A stretch of DNA of 36,378 bases, taken from the IMG/VR virus record IMGVR_UViG_3300020045_003741, positions 1 to 36,378 of that record; one strand, given 5' to 3'. Below, piece by piece: positions 17,401 to 25,759 of this stretch. Each line of letters opens with the position of its first letter. The first letter of the stretch is position 1. The notes beneath the pieces were generated by a model. It made no database searches. It had not been told where the DNA came from and was given only the letters and a program-made list of their open reading frames with translations. This stretch comes from a virus (Duplodnaviria > Caudoviricetes). The translations under genes were made by a program, and so were the position numbers.

Positions 17401-18812
17401 TGGACAATTATCAAGACGAGCAAAGCGCCATTGCGCGGCGCCAGCGTATCGCCGAAATGCTCATGGCGCAGGGCGCGGAGCCTTTGGAAACCAATCAGGT
17501 TGCGGGCGGCTATGTCGTGCCGGTCAGCCCCTTGGCGGGCATAGCGAAGGTAGCGCAGCAGTTGAGCGGCGCTTATATTGGACGCAAGGCGGACGAGCGC
17601 GAGGCGAAGCTTGAACAGGATCGCGCCAATGCGCTTGTGGGCGTGGACTTTAGCGCGCCCGATGCACCGGCGCAACTTGCAAAATCAGGTTATACAAAAG
17701 AGGCCGTGGCATTGGCCATGCAGCGGGCGAAGGGCGGTGGCAGTGCGCCGCACTTGCTTAATACTCAGGTTGTTATGGGCAAGAACGGACAGCCGGTTAT
17801 TGTTGGCTTCAACTCTGACGCCTCAACAAAAGAGTTTACCGACTATCAACCCATGATACCGCAAAAGAGCATTGATACTGGAAGCGAAATACTACAGGTT
17901 CCAGCGAAAGCACCCTGGGGTATGCAGCAACCTACTGCACCCGCAGTACAGCCCATGCCGCAATCAGCGACCGTAACCAGCCCCACCGGAGAGGTACGTA
18001 ATTATTCCCGCAAACAGATCGAGTTCGGTCTTGCGGCGCATGGCACAAAGGAAGGTCTTGTCCAGTATTTACGCGAAGGCGGACAACTGCCACCGGATCA
18101 AGAAATCGATGCTATTAATGGACGCAATCAGGCACAAGGAATGCCGATTCAAGGCTCTATGCCCATTAAGAAAGAATTGCCACCCAATCAGACGCTTGAT
18201 TATTTAGGCCAAGCGGAAGCGGCTAAATCAGCGGCGAGCCTGCCTTATGACATTGAGCGTAAGCGGCAGGAGGCCGCTATTGCAGCATCTACGCCCAAGC
18301 CTATGAGCGAGTTTCAGCAATGGACAGCGGCACAGAAAGAGGAAAAGAAAGCCCTTGACGCGCAAGATGCCGTTTCAAACATTGATGACACTATTGGCGA
18401 CTTTAACCGATTAAAGGCTATTCAAGCCAGGACAACCACCGGCCCGATTGCCGGCAGTCCATTGATTGCGGCTCTAAGAAAGATGGGGCCAAATTCAATA
18501 ACCGGCGGCGAAGATTTGCAGCGGCTTGAGAAAGGCTACAACACACTGGCAGTTAAGGCCATTGGCGCATTTAAGGCGGGCGGCGTATCCTTCGGGCAGC
18601 TTTCAAATAAGGAAGGCGAGTGGATCAAAAGCACGCAGGAAACTATCGATACCGGCGGCAATATCAACCAAGAAATGCTTGATGAAGGTTTGCGCTTGCT
18701 GAATGCGCGTAAATCCAGAATCGCGAGAGTAGCCGGTATAACAGCACCAACGGAAGAAGCGCCAAAGACCCCCGCCGCAACAGGCGGCTGGTCTATCGAG
18801 GAGGTGCAATAA
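17400..18812 (+). CDS. Putative ejection protein
   Basis: IARRQRIAEML..QVAGGYVVPVSPLAGIAK N-terminus; GQLSNKEG; ends GGWSIEEVQ. Confidence 0.7.
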   Translation: MDNYQDEQSAIARRQRIAEMLMAQGAEPLETNQVAGGYVVPVSPLAGIAKVAQQLSGAYIGRKADEREAKLEQDRANALVGVDFSAPDAPAQLAKSGYTKEAVALAMQRAKGGGSAPHLLNTQVVMGKNGQPVIVGFNSDASTKEFTDYQPMIPQKSIDTGSEILQVPAKAPWGMQQPTAPAVQPMPQSATVTSPTGEVRNYSRKQIEFGLAAHGTKEGLVQYLREGGQLPPDQEIDAINGRNQAQGMPIQGSMPIKKELPPNQTLDYLGQAEAAKSAASLPYDIERKRQEAAIAASTPKPMSEFQQWTAAQKEEKKALDAQDAVSNIDDTIGDFNRLKAIQARTTTGPIAGSPLIAALRKMGPNSITGGEDLQRLEKGYNTLAVKAIGAFKAGGVSFGQLSNKEGEWIKSTQETIDTGGNINQEMLDEGLRLLNARKSRIARVAGITAPTEEAPKTPAATGGWSIEEVQ

Positions 18813-20596
18813 TGCCAAAATACCGCATCACTTCACCTGACGGCAAAACCTACGATATTAATGCGCCGGAAGGCGCGACCGAGGAAGATGCCTTGGCTTA
18901 TGCTCAAAGCCACTTTGAAGGCAAAAAAGAGATAACACCACCTAGTGCCTTCCTAAGCGGCATCGGAGGCGAAACGCTCAAGGCCGCAGGCGCGTTTTCC
19001 GAGCTACTGCCAAAACTTGACCTATTGCAAGGCCAAAGCACCGACGAAAATTCGGTGCTAAAAGCAGGGCAGGAAGGCATCGAGAACGCACCCGGATGGG
19101 CAGGGGCAGCAGGAAAATTTGTCGGTGCGGCATGGCCTTATTTTGCTTTGCCAGGAGGTGGCGTAGTTAAATCAGCGATGGAACAGGCCGCATTGAGCGG
19201 CGCAACGACGCCGGGCGATTTACAGCAGCGGGCAACGGCGGCGGGCATTACCGGCTTAGTGTCAGCAGGCGCAGGCGCGTTACCTTTGGCCGCAAAAAAG
19301 GGCTATGACCTTGTGTCGCCGTTGTTTACCGGCGATAAAAACGCCGCGCGGCAGATTATCAAGGAATTGCAAAAACAAGCATTGCCCACGGAAGCGCCCA
19401 GCTTTACCCGCTCGCAGCCTGCCGATATGATAGGCCCACCCATTCCCAAGTTTGGCCGCGTGCCGGATGTTAAGCCGACGGCGGCAATGCTAACCGACGA
19501 CCCGCGCTTCGTGCAGCTTGAGATGAATGCCCGCGTGCGCAATCCTGCCGGTTTTTTTGCCCGAGACGCGGCGAATACAGGGCAGGCGTATAAAGCACTA
19601 GAACAGAACGCAACGCCAGACATGCCCGCAAATTTGGCGCAAGACGCGCTGAACGCCAAGACGGGGCCGTTACGCGACGTGGCTTACAAATCAGCTAATG
19701 ACAATGCGCCGGTATTTCGTGAAAAGCTTTTGGCTTATTCATCGGCAAAGCGGCAGGAACCAGGATTCAGAGAATCCGACGGCATTCCTTTGCTTAATCG
19801 TTTAGATAAAGCGCTGATTAAGTCAGTTGACCCCATGACCGGGAGATCCGAGTCAAAATCTTTGGCGCAAGACCTTTACACGCTTAGAAAGGAATTGAAG
19901 GACAAGCTTAACCTAAAGACCTTGGCGCCTGACGAACTTACCAACGCCGCAAAATCCAATCGCAGCACCGTGGTCGAAATAACCAAGCAAATTGATGACG
20001 CGCTTGACGAAGCATCTGGAGGCGTATGGAAACAATATTTAGACAAACATTCGGCAGGCATGAAGCCAATTGAGGAAGGCCGGTCGTTTCAAAACATTTT
20101 GGATAAGTTCGAGACCAGCAAAAAGGTTTTTGGCACCGATATTCCCTTAATGACCCCGGCGGCCTTGCGTAAGGCGGCGGATGCTGAGACTTACATAAAC
20201 CTGGGCAAGAAAGGCTATGTATCCACCATAGGAGACACCAGCCGGGCAAAGCTTAACGATGTCATCGATATGATGAACAAGATCGAGCAGGCGCGCGCAG
20301 GCGTACAGGCTACGGCTGGCTCGCAAACTGCGCCATTACTGGCAAGCTTGGCAAAGGATAGTTTGACCGGGTTAACAGGTTCGCCCATGGTGTCGAAGGG
20401 CTTAATGGCTCTAAACGCACTGGGCGTGACAAGAGGCAAGCATGTACTTGACGATGCTTTGTTGAATCCTGAGAAATTACAGCGGGTAATTGATACAATG
20501 AATAACATGCAAAGGGCGCAAGTGCGGGGTAATCCGATGCTTGATAGAATCAGACAATACAGCCAGGCCGCAAGTGCCGGGGCAATTAATCAATAA
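18812..20596 (+). CDS. Putative large ejection protein
   Basis: MPKYRITSPDGKTYDINAPEGAT N-terminus typical of podovirus internal proteins; TAGSQTAP. Confidence 0.7.
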   Translation: MPKYRITSPDGKTYDINAPEGATEEDALAYAQSHFEGKKEITPPSAFLSGIGGETLKAAGAFSELLPKLDLLQGQSTDENSVLKAGQEGIENAPGWAGAAGKFVGAAWPYFALPGGGVVKSAMEQAALSGATTPGDLQQRATAAGITGLVSAGAGALPLAAKKGYDLVSPLFTGDKNAARQIIKELQKQALPTEAPSFTRSQPADMIGPPIPKFGRVPDVKPTAAMLTDDPRFVQLEMNARVRNPAGFFARDAANTGQAYKALEQNATPDMPANLAQDALNAKTGPLRDVAYKSANDNAPVFREKLLAYSSAKRQEPGFRESDGIPLLNRLDKALIKSVDPMTGRSESKSLAQDLYTLRKELKDKLNLKTLAPDELTNAAKSNRSTVVEITKQIDDALDEASGGVWKQYLDKHSAGMKPIEEGRSFQNILDKFETSKKVFGTDIPLMTPAALRKAADAETYINLGKKGYVSTIGDTSRAKLNDVIDMMNKIEQARAGVQATAGSQTAPLLASLAKDSLTGLTGSPMVSKGLMALNALGVTRGKHVLDDALLNPEKLQRVIDTMNNMQRAQVRGNPMLDRIRQYSQAASAGAINQ

Positions 20597-20605
20597 GGAG
20601 TAATT

Positions 20606-22048
20606 ATGTCCCGAAACGGCTCAGGCGTCTACTCGCCACCGGGATCAAGCTTTCCAGCGGTAGCAAACACGCTGATTGAATCATCCAAATTTAACAATAC
20701 GATTAATGATATCGGCACAGCGTTAACCGAATCGATTGCGCGGGACGGTCAAACGACCATTACCGCTAATATCCCCATGGCCACATTCAAGTTCACCGGT
20801 TTGGGCGCGGGATCAGCCGCGACCGATTCAGCCAGACTGGGACAGATACAGGACGGCTCAACGCAATGGTGCGGCACGGCAGGCGGCACAGCCGATGCCT
20901 TGACCCTGACGCCATCACCGGCTATCACGGCCTATGCAGCCGGGCAGCGGTTCGTTTTCAAATCAAGCGCAAGCGCAAACACCGGCGCCGCTACTATCAA
21001 CGTGTCAGGCATCGGCGCGATTACCTTACAGAAGAATGGTGCGGCGCTGGCGGCGGGCGACGTTGGCATTAGTCAATGGTATGAGATTATTCTTTCGTCC
21101 GCGACCGTGGCGCAATTGCAAAAAATAGGCGAATTTAGCACGGTATCACCCGCATTTACCGGGACGCCAACCGCTCCCACGGCAGCATCAGGAACCAATA
21201 CTACACAGATTGCAACAACAGCATTTGTGCAAGATGCCATTAATGGCGCATCACAAGTATTTACATCAAGCGGGACGTGGACAAAGCCATCAGCCGGCAC
21301 TTATGCTGAAGTCATTTTAATTGGCGCTGGCGGCGGCGGCGGATCAGGCAAGAAAGCGGCCTCTCCATCTTATGGCGGCGGAGGAGGAGGAGGCGGCGGC
21401 TTAACGCGCTGGATATTCCCCTTGTCCCAGTTATCAGCCACCGAGTCCGTCACCATTGGCACAGGAGGAACAGGCGGAGCAGCCGTAACCGTCAATTCAA
21501 CCGATGGGAACGATGGAACAGCCGGAGGCGACTCAAGCTTTAAAACATTAAAGGCCGGTGGCGGTGGTGCCGGCGGTAAAGGAGCTGGAGCCGGTGGCGT
21601 TGGCGGAACAGCAGGAACAGGCATTTATGCAGGCGGCGCAGGTGGCGACGGATCATCAGGAACCGGAGTTACCGCAACGGCATCAGGACTTGGCGCCGGT
21701 GGCGGCGGCGGAGGTGGCGGCGTTAATGGTCCGACCTATTCTTCCGGAGGATCAGGCGCGGCTAGTGGTTCAGGTATTTTCGCATCTGTTTTTGCGGGCG
21801 GTACGCCTGGGAATAATTCCACAACCGTAGCAACCGCAGGAACATCAGTATCAGCCAATGAGCCGAATGGCGGCGCGGGTGCCGGTGGCGGAGGCGCATC
21901 ATTAGGAACGGCAGCGGCCAGAACTGGGGCTACTGGCGGTTCTTACGGCGGTGGAGGAGGCGGTGGAGCTGGCGGCGAGAACTCAAGCTTTGACTCAGGC
22001 GCTGGCGGTAATGGTGCCAATGGGTTTTGCGTTGTAATTGTCTACTAA
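20606..22048 (+). CDS. Tail fibre/spike protein with a Gly-rich C-terminal domain
   Basis: MSRNGSGVYSPP N-terminal anchor, PAFTGTPTAPTAASGTNTTQIATTAFV fibre motif, FTSSGTWTKP..GGGGGG domain ending GANGFCVVIVY. Confidence 0.85.
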   Translation: MSRNGSGVYSPPGSSFPAVANTLIESSKFNNTINDIGTALTESIARDGQTTITANIPMATFKFTGLGAGSAATDSARLGQIQDGSTQWCGTAGGTADALTLTPSPAITAYAAGQRFVFKSSASANTGAATINVSGIGAITLQKNGAALAAGDVGISQWYEIILSSATVAQLQKIGEFSTVSPAFTGTPTAPTAASGTNTTQIATTAFVQDAINGASQVFTSSGTWTKPSAGTYAEVILIGAGGGGGSGKKAASPSYGGGGGGGGGLTRWIFPLSQLSATESVTIGTGGTGGAAVTVNSTDGNDGTAGGDSSFKTLKAGGGGAGGKGAGAGGVGGTAGTGIYAGGAGGDGSSGTGVTATASGLGAGGGGGGGGVNGPTYSSGGSGAASGSGIFASVFAGGTPGNNSTTVATAGTSVSANEPNGGAGAGGGGASLGTAAARTGATGGSYGGGGGGGAGGENSSFDSGAGGNGANGFCVVIVY

Positions 22049-22058
22049 AGGCATAACA

Positions 22059-23219
22059 ATGGCTGGATTAATCGATTCTCTAAGAAAGCAACGCTTTAAC
22101 GAAGGCGATTCGATGATCGCCTCCGCAGCCATGCACCCTGCCGAGGCCGCGAAGCGCCTAAAGGACTGGCTAGAGAATCAGATTAACACGGGCATGGGGG
22201 TCTCGCAGTATGATGAAAGAACCGGCTTTTCCTATGCCCCGCTAGAACGAGACCAGCATGAAGCCGCATTTAACTTGGCCGGACTCATGGAAACCGGCTC
22301 AATGCCCTTTGCACCCAAGAGCGCCGGCGGCACGCTGGGAACCTTTATCGGGCCGAAGGCCGCGAATTGGGACGCAAAGGCAGCAGCGGAAGCGGCCAAG
22401 ATGCTTGACGAGGGCATGAATCCTACGGAAGTTTGGCGTATGAAACTCATGGGCCGGATGCCTGATAAGTCCATGTTTAGCGAGATACCGGATAATGAGG
22501 CATTTTACCGGGGCAGCATGGGCGCTAATAGCGCGTATGCGAATGACGTTTACATTCATCCGGAGTTGTACAAAAACTACCCTACGCTTGAAAATATGCG
22601 CGTCAGGGAAACGCCAGGAGGAGGCGGTTCCTATGATCCTTCGTCGTGGGAGTTCACGATAGGCACAGGTAAAGATGCTTCATCGACCATGGCGCATGAA
22701 GGCCAACACGCTATACAGGATATTGAGGGATGGGCTAGGGGCGGAAGCCCTGAAAACGCATATATCGAAAGAAATTTGACAGATTTAACCCCATTAGTTG
22801 ATCCAAAAAAAATACAAAAATCAGGCAGAACAACAGCGACGGATGGGCCTATATTAATTGTTAATGAAGATGGTCAACTGCAAATAACCGACGGAAATCA
22901 CAGGTATGCAGAGGCACTTGCAAGGGGCGACAAAACAGTAAAAACCTTGTTTGATCCTTCGTTTTTTGAAGGCTATAAGGGAAATTTTGATCAGGCCATA
23001 ATTGACGCACCTAAAGAAAACTATCGCCGCCTAACCGGCGAAGCCCAAGCCCGCGCCACCCAAGACCGCTTGAACATGAACATGCTACAGCGCCGCAGCA
23101 ATTACCCGCTTGAGGGCGGCGCCCTGGGCGGTATTCCGCTGGATCAACTCATTAACCGCTACGGCGGCATAGGGCCGCAGCAGGGCGGCTTACTATCGCT
23201 TTTAAAACAACAAAAATAA
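22059..23219 (+). CDS. LPD23-like/zincin metallopeptidase-like protein with an inserted ParB/Srx-like domain
   Basis: GTFIGPKA..EIPDNEA..HPELYKNYP; HEGQHAIQDIEGWARGG (HExxH); PILI..ITDGNHRY; YRRLTGEAQARA. Confidence 0.7.
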   Translation: MAGLIDSLRKQRFNEGDSMIASAAMHPAEAAKRLKDWLENQINTGMGVSQYDERTGFSYAPLERDQHEAAFNLAGLMETGSMPFAPKSAGGTLGTFIGPKAANWDAKAAAEAAKMLDEGMNPTEVWRMKLMGRMPDKSMFSEIPDNEAFYRGSMGANSAYANDVYIHPELYKNYPTLENMRVRETPGGGGSYDPSSWEFTIGTGKDASSTMAHEGQHAIQDIEGWARGGSPENAYIERNLTDLTPLVDPKKIQKSGRTTATDGPILIVNEDGQLQITDGNHRYAEALARGDKTVKTLFDPSFFEGYKGNFDQAIIDAPKENYRRLTGEAQARATQDRLNMNMLQRRSNYPLEGGALGGIPLDQLINRYGGIGPQQGGLLSLLKQQK

Positions 23220-23228
23220 GGATACCCC

Positions 23229-23486
23229 ATGCCTACCCTCGAATCCAGAGTAGCCCGATTAGAAGAGCGTTGCGATGCAATGGTGAACACAATCACAGAA
23301 AACGGCATCGAACGCCGCAGACAGGCCGATCATACCAATGATATATTGGAAGAGATTCGTGCTAATATTGGAGATGTGAAGCAGAAGGTAGATACCATGC
23401 AGGGTTATGGGGCGGGAATTGCTTCCGTTTTTGGTGTTATTGGCGCTGGAATTGGGCTATTATGGGATAAGATCGATGGACATTAA
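23229..23486 (+). CDS. Coiled-coil plus single C-terminal TM protein (XhlA-like holin candidate)
   Basis: LESRVARLEER coiled coil then a hydrophobic helix; upstream of the endolysin; AAGGA RBS. Confidence 0.6.
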   Translation: MPTLESRVARLEERCDAMVNTITENGIERRRQADHTNDILEEIRANIGDVKQKVDTMQGYGAGIASVFGVIGAGIGLLWDKIDGH

Positions 23487-23613
23487 CGACCTTGAGCGCA
23501 GAGTAGAAAGACTGGAAGAGCGCGTCGAGCAAATGAACGGCTTTTCTACCGGCATAGCTTGGACGGTTTCGATAATCGGTATGGTGTTTGCTGTTTTTTG
23601 GAATATTAAATGA
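23476..23613 (+). CDS. Short paralogue of the upstream holin-like protein (45 aa)
   Basis: MDINDLERRVERLEERVEQMNGFSTGIAWTVSIIGMVFAVFWNIK; stop overlaps the endolysin start (ATGA). Confidence 0.6.
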   Translation: MDINDLERRVERLEERVEQMNGFSTGIAWTVSIIGMVFAVFWNIK

Positions 23614-24071
23614 GCCATCTAAAAGAACAGCTTAAGTTTGAAGAAGCCTTACGGCTTAAAAAGTACAAATGTAGTGCCGGGCATTGGACAATAGGATACG
23701 GGCATAATCTTGATAATGCGCCCTACTATGAAGGCAAGCTGATACCTGACACCATAACAAAGGAGTTCGTCGAGGAACTTCTTGATTACGACATTGGATC
23801 AACCATTGGCGACTTGCGTCAGCGCTGGCCTAGATTCGATGGCTTCGACAAGGCCCGGCGAGATGCTTTCGTCAATATGGCGTTTCAAATGGGCGTGCCG
23901 CGATTTATGGGATTTGAGCGCATGAGGGCCGCAGCAATGGCGCGAAATTGGGCTTTGGCAAGCGGTGAGGCGATGAATAGCAAATGGGCAATACACGACA
24001 GTCCTGAGCGCGCTAAGCGCGTAGCAGAGCAGATTTTAACCGGGCGTTATTACGAGATACCAACAAAATGA
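23610..24071 (+). CDS. Endolysin, T4-lysozyme-like (GH24)
   Basis: Catalytic E-X8-C-X5-T (EALRLKKYKCSAGHWT), IGYGHNL, NMAFQMG, SKWA..PERA. Confidence 0.9.
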   Translation: MSHLKEQLKFEEALRLKKYKCSAGHWTIGYGHNLDNAPYYEGKLIPDTITKEFVEELLDYDIGSTIGDLRQRWPRFDGFDKARRDAFVNMAFQMGVPRFMGFERMRAAAMARNWALASGEAMNSKWAIHDSPERAKRVAEQILTGRYYEIPTK

Positions 24072-24307
24072 AAATATCAGCAATCGCAATTAACAGCTTT
24101 GCAAAATGGATTGTAGGCGGTGTGCCGTTCGAGGCAGCAAAAGGCATCGTAACCGAACTCAACGACAAGGACATGACCGGCGAGGAAAAGCGCCAGGCGG
24201 CGGTAAAGACACTGCAAACGTTTGGCTATGCCTTGGCGGGGTTTCTTGTGAATCTTGCTATTGAGTTAGCGGTAGCCTGGGTTAAGTCGCAATCGAGCAA
24301 AAGATAA
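24068..24307 (+). CDS. Holin-like/lysis-associated small protein
   Basis: MTGEEKRQAAV..LVNLAIELAVAW; follows the endolysin. Confidence 0.55.
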   Translation: MKISAIAINSFAKWIVGGVPFEAAKGIVTELNDKDMTGEEKRQAAVKTLQTFGYALAGFLVNLAIELAVAWVKSQSSKR

Positions 24308-24501
24308 TGTTTATCGCTTATAACGGCATTCGGGAAGAGCAAGACCGAAAGATGAGAGGGCATGGAATGAGCCCGCTTGATAACCGCGAGTTTTCAAGGT
24401 TTATGTATTTTCTGTATAGACAGCTATGGGTATATGGCAAGTCCATGTACGAAGCCAAGAAACAAGCGGGTAATTATGTTTTTTTGGAAAGAATATCTTG
24501 A
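24307..24501 (+). CDS. Hypothetical protein
   Basis: 64 aa; TAATG coupling with the upstream gene. Confidence 0.5.
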   Translation: MFIAYNGIREEQDRKMRGHGMSPLDNREFSRFMYFLYRQLWVYGKSMYEAKKQAGNYVFLERIS

Positions 24502-24594
24502 TTAAAACCGGACTGAATAAAAGCAACCCCGGAACCTTTTATACTGGGATGGGAAGCCAGACCGAAACAGCCTCCGGATCGGAACCGGAATAAT

Positions 24595-24753
24595 ATGAAA
24601 CTATCCTACCAAGCTGTCCTATACATCTGTGCCGAAGATGCAATCCCTATATCGATCATCATTAACGATGTGGGTAACGCCGTCGACGCGCTTGAGGCTA
24701 TTGAGCAGACGTACCCTAACAATCAGTTAGTATCACTTACGAGGCAACCATGA
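24595..24753 (+). CDS. Hypothetical protein (52 aa, not in the ORF track)
   Basis: MKLSYQAVLYICAEDAIPISIIINDVGNAVDALEAIEQTYPNNQLVSLTRQP; ATGA overlap with the next gene. Confidence 0.55.
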   Translation: MKLSYQAVLYICAEDAIPISIIINDVGNAVDALEAIEQTYPNNQLVSLTRQP

Positions 24754-24944
24754 AAGATTTTTTTTTAAGCAGGGCGAGAGAGCCGTCAACATGGCGTGGA
24801 CTTATTTGGGTTCTGGCGTCATTCGGCGTATTCCATTTTACGCATGACCAGGAAGGCGCCATCACGGCCTTGGCGATGGCTCTGGCTGGTGGCGGCGGCT
24901 TGTTGCCTGATAGCCTTAAAAAGTTACCTGTACGGAAAGAGTGA
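24750..24944 (+). CDS. Holin-like membrane protein
   Basis: RAREPSTWRGL motif and two hydrophobic segments; GAGG RBS. Confidence 0.65.
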   Translation: MKDFFLSRAREPSTWRGLIWVLASFGVFHFTHDQEGAITALAMALAGGGGLLPDSLKKLPVRKE

Positions 24945-25175
24945 ACTTTTTTTCTGAATGATTAACTGGTTTTGTTGCTGACGCAAGAATTTTCGTTCAC
25001 GCTCTTCCTGCATTTGTTGGTAAACACGTTGCATTTCTTCGTTGTAACGCTGATCCTCAAGCTGGTACTCATACAGTTTTTGCATTCGCCATTGATTGTA
25101 ATAATCAACAGCGCTTTCATCATCGTAGGCCATGGCCGAGAACGACATGATCAATAGTAAAATTGTTGTTTTCAT
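24924..25175 (-). CDS. Secreted small protein with a Sec signal peptide
   Basis: MKTTILLLIMSFSAMA|YDDES: n-h-c regions and an AMA cleavage motif; AAGAGGT RBS. Confidence 0.7.
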   Translation of the reverse strand: MKTTILLLIMSFSAMAYDDESAVDYYNQWRMQKLYEYQLEDQRYNEEMQRVYQQMQEERERKFLRQQQNQLIIQKKSSLFPYR

Positions 25176-25198
25176 TTTGGCTTACCTCTTAATAAGTT

Positions 25199-25325
25199 GC
25201 GCAACTGACAAGTGTCATTTGTCAGTTCAATATCTTGGCGACGTCCGTATCGCCTCCGATCGTTACGGATTTATGCCGGGATTGGCGTGTCGGTATTGAC
25301 GCGCCAGGTTAGCTCTGCGTTATAC
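25199..25325 (+). mobile_element. Degenerate attC-like site
   Basis: Right half GGTTAGC-TCTGC-GTTATAC (25307-25325); stem CTTGGCG[A]CGTC(25234-25245)/GACGCGCCAGG(25298-25308); candidate R'' GCGCAAC at 25199. Confidence 0.5.
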
Positions 25326-25508
25326 ATCAATATCGGTTTCATAGATTGTTATTTCTCTATAAATAATTCTAAAAACATCGTCTGGTTTTCCGTACAGGCG
25401 TAGGCAATAATGGTGTTCTTTTGCAGAGGATTCCGTTTCAAAGTTGTCGTAATCTTTTCATTGGTCATTTTCAAGTTTTTGCATGACAAAATACTGCTTG
25501 TTTTGCAT
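25320..25508 (-). pseudogene. 62-codon gene with an in-frame TGA, inside the attC-flanked cassette
   Basis: AGGA RBS; MQNKQYFVMQKLENDQ*KDYDNFETESSAKEHH...FRIIYREITIYETDIDV; TGA at 25458-25460; final TAA inside the attC core. Confidence 0.6.
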
Positions 25509-25520
25509 TGTTTATCCTAT

Positions 25521-25544
25521 GTATAACTCTCAGTTCAAGCGGAC
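25521..25544 (+). mobile_element. attC-like left half
   Basis: GTATAAC-TCTCA-GTTCAAGC-GGAC follows the attC layout of R'' core, 5-nt spacer and L''. Confidence 0.55.
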
Positions 25545-25564
25545 AAACCGCCATTTATCGCATT

Positions 25565-25759
25565 TTACGGATCAACCGACTTAATTGCCTCTATTTCTAC
25601 AGAAATTTCAGCCAGAATAGACAAAGAGAATCCCTCCGCCTGAGCTATTAATTTGTGCCTTTCCATTTGTGATAATAGGCCATCATCGAATGTCTCATAA
25701 AACCATTTTCTCATTGCCGCAATAGCGTCGCCTTTTGTAATTAGTTCTTTGTTATTCAT
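25565..25759 (-). CDS. Hypothetical protein
   Basis: MNNKELITKGDAIAAM, 64 aa; ATGA overlap with the upstream gene. Confidence 0.65.
   Translation of the reverse strand: MNNKELITKGDAIAAMRKWFYETFDDGLLSQMERHKLIAQAEGFSLSILAEISVEIEAIKSVDP

Noticed and set aside
21320-22020. GGC/GGA/GGT runs as a tandem repeat or diversity-generating target
   Set aside because: They encode poly-Gly of the tail fibre domain; I saw no second template copy and no reverse transcriptase gene.
23640-23690. Cys in place of the catalytic Asp of the endolysin as a novelty
   Set aside because: E-X8-(D/C)-X5-T is an established variant of the T4-lysozyme-like triad.
24498-24593. 31-codon TTG-start ORF in the lysis region
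   Set aside because: Very short with a weak start and no motif; cannot be distinguished from a chance frame.
25273-25296. GCCGGGATTGGCGT resembling part of P4 CI / C4 antisense RNA
   Set aside because: Only a short match on the strand opposite to early transcription, without the rest of the structure or an ash/ant gene; better explained as the inner part of the attC-like site.
25458-25460. Genome-wide TGA recoding
   Set aside because: Many genes end in TGA with ATGA or GTGA overlaps to the next start (3419-3422, 13597-13600, 15156-15159, 23610-23613, 24068-24071), and the large genes are intact in the standard code.
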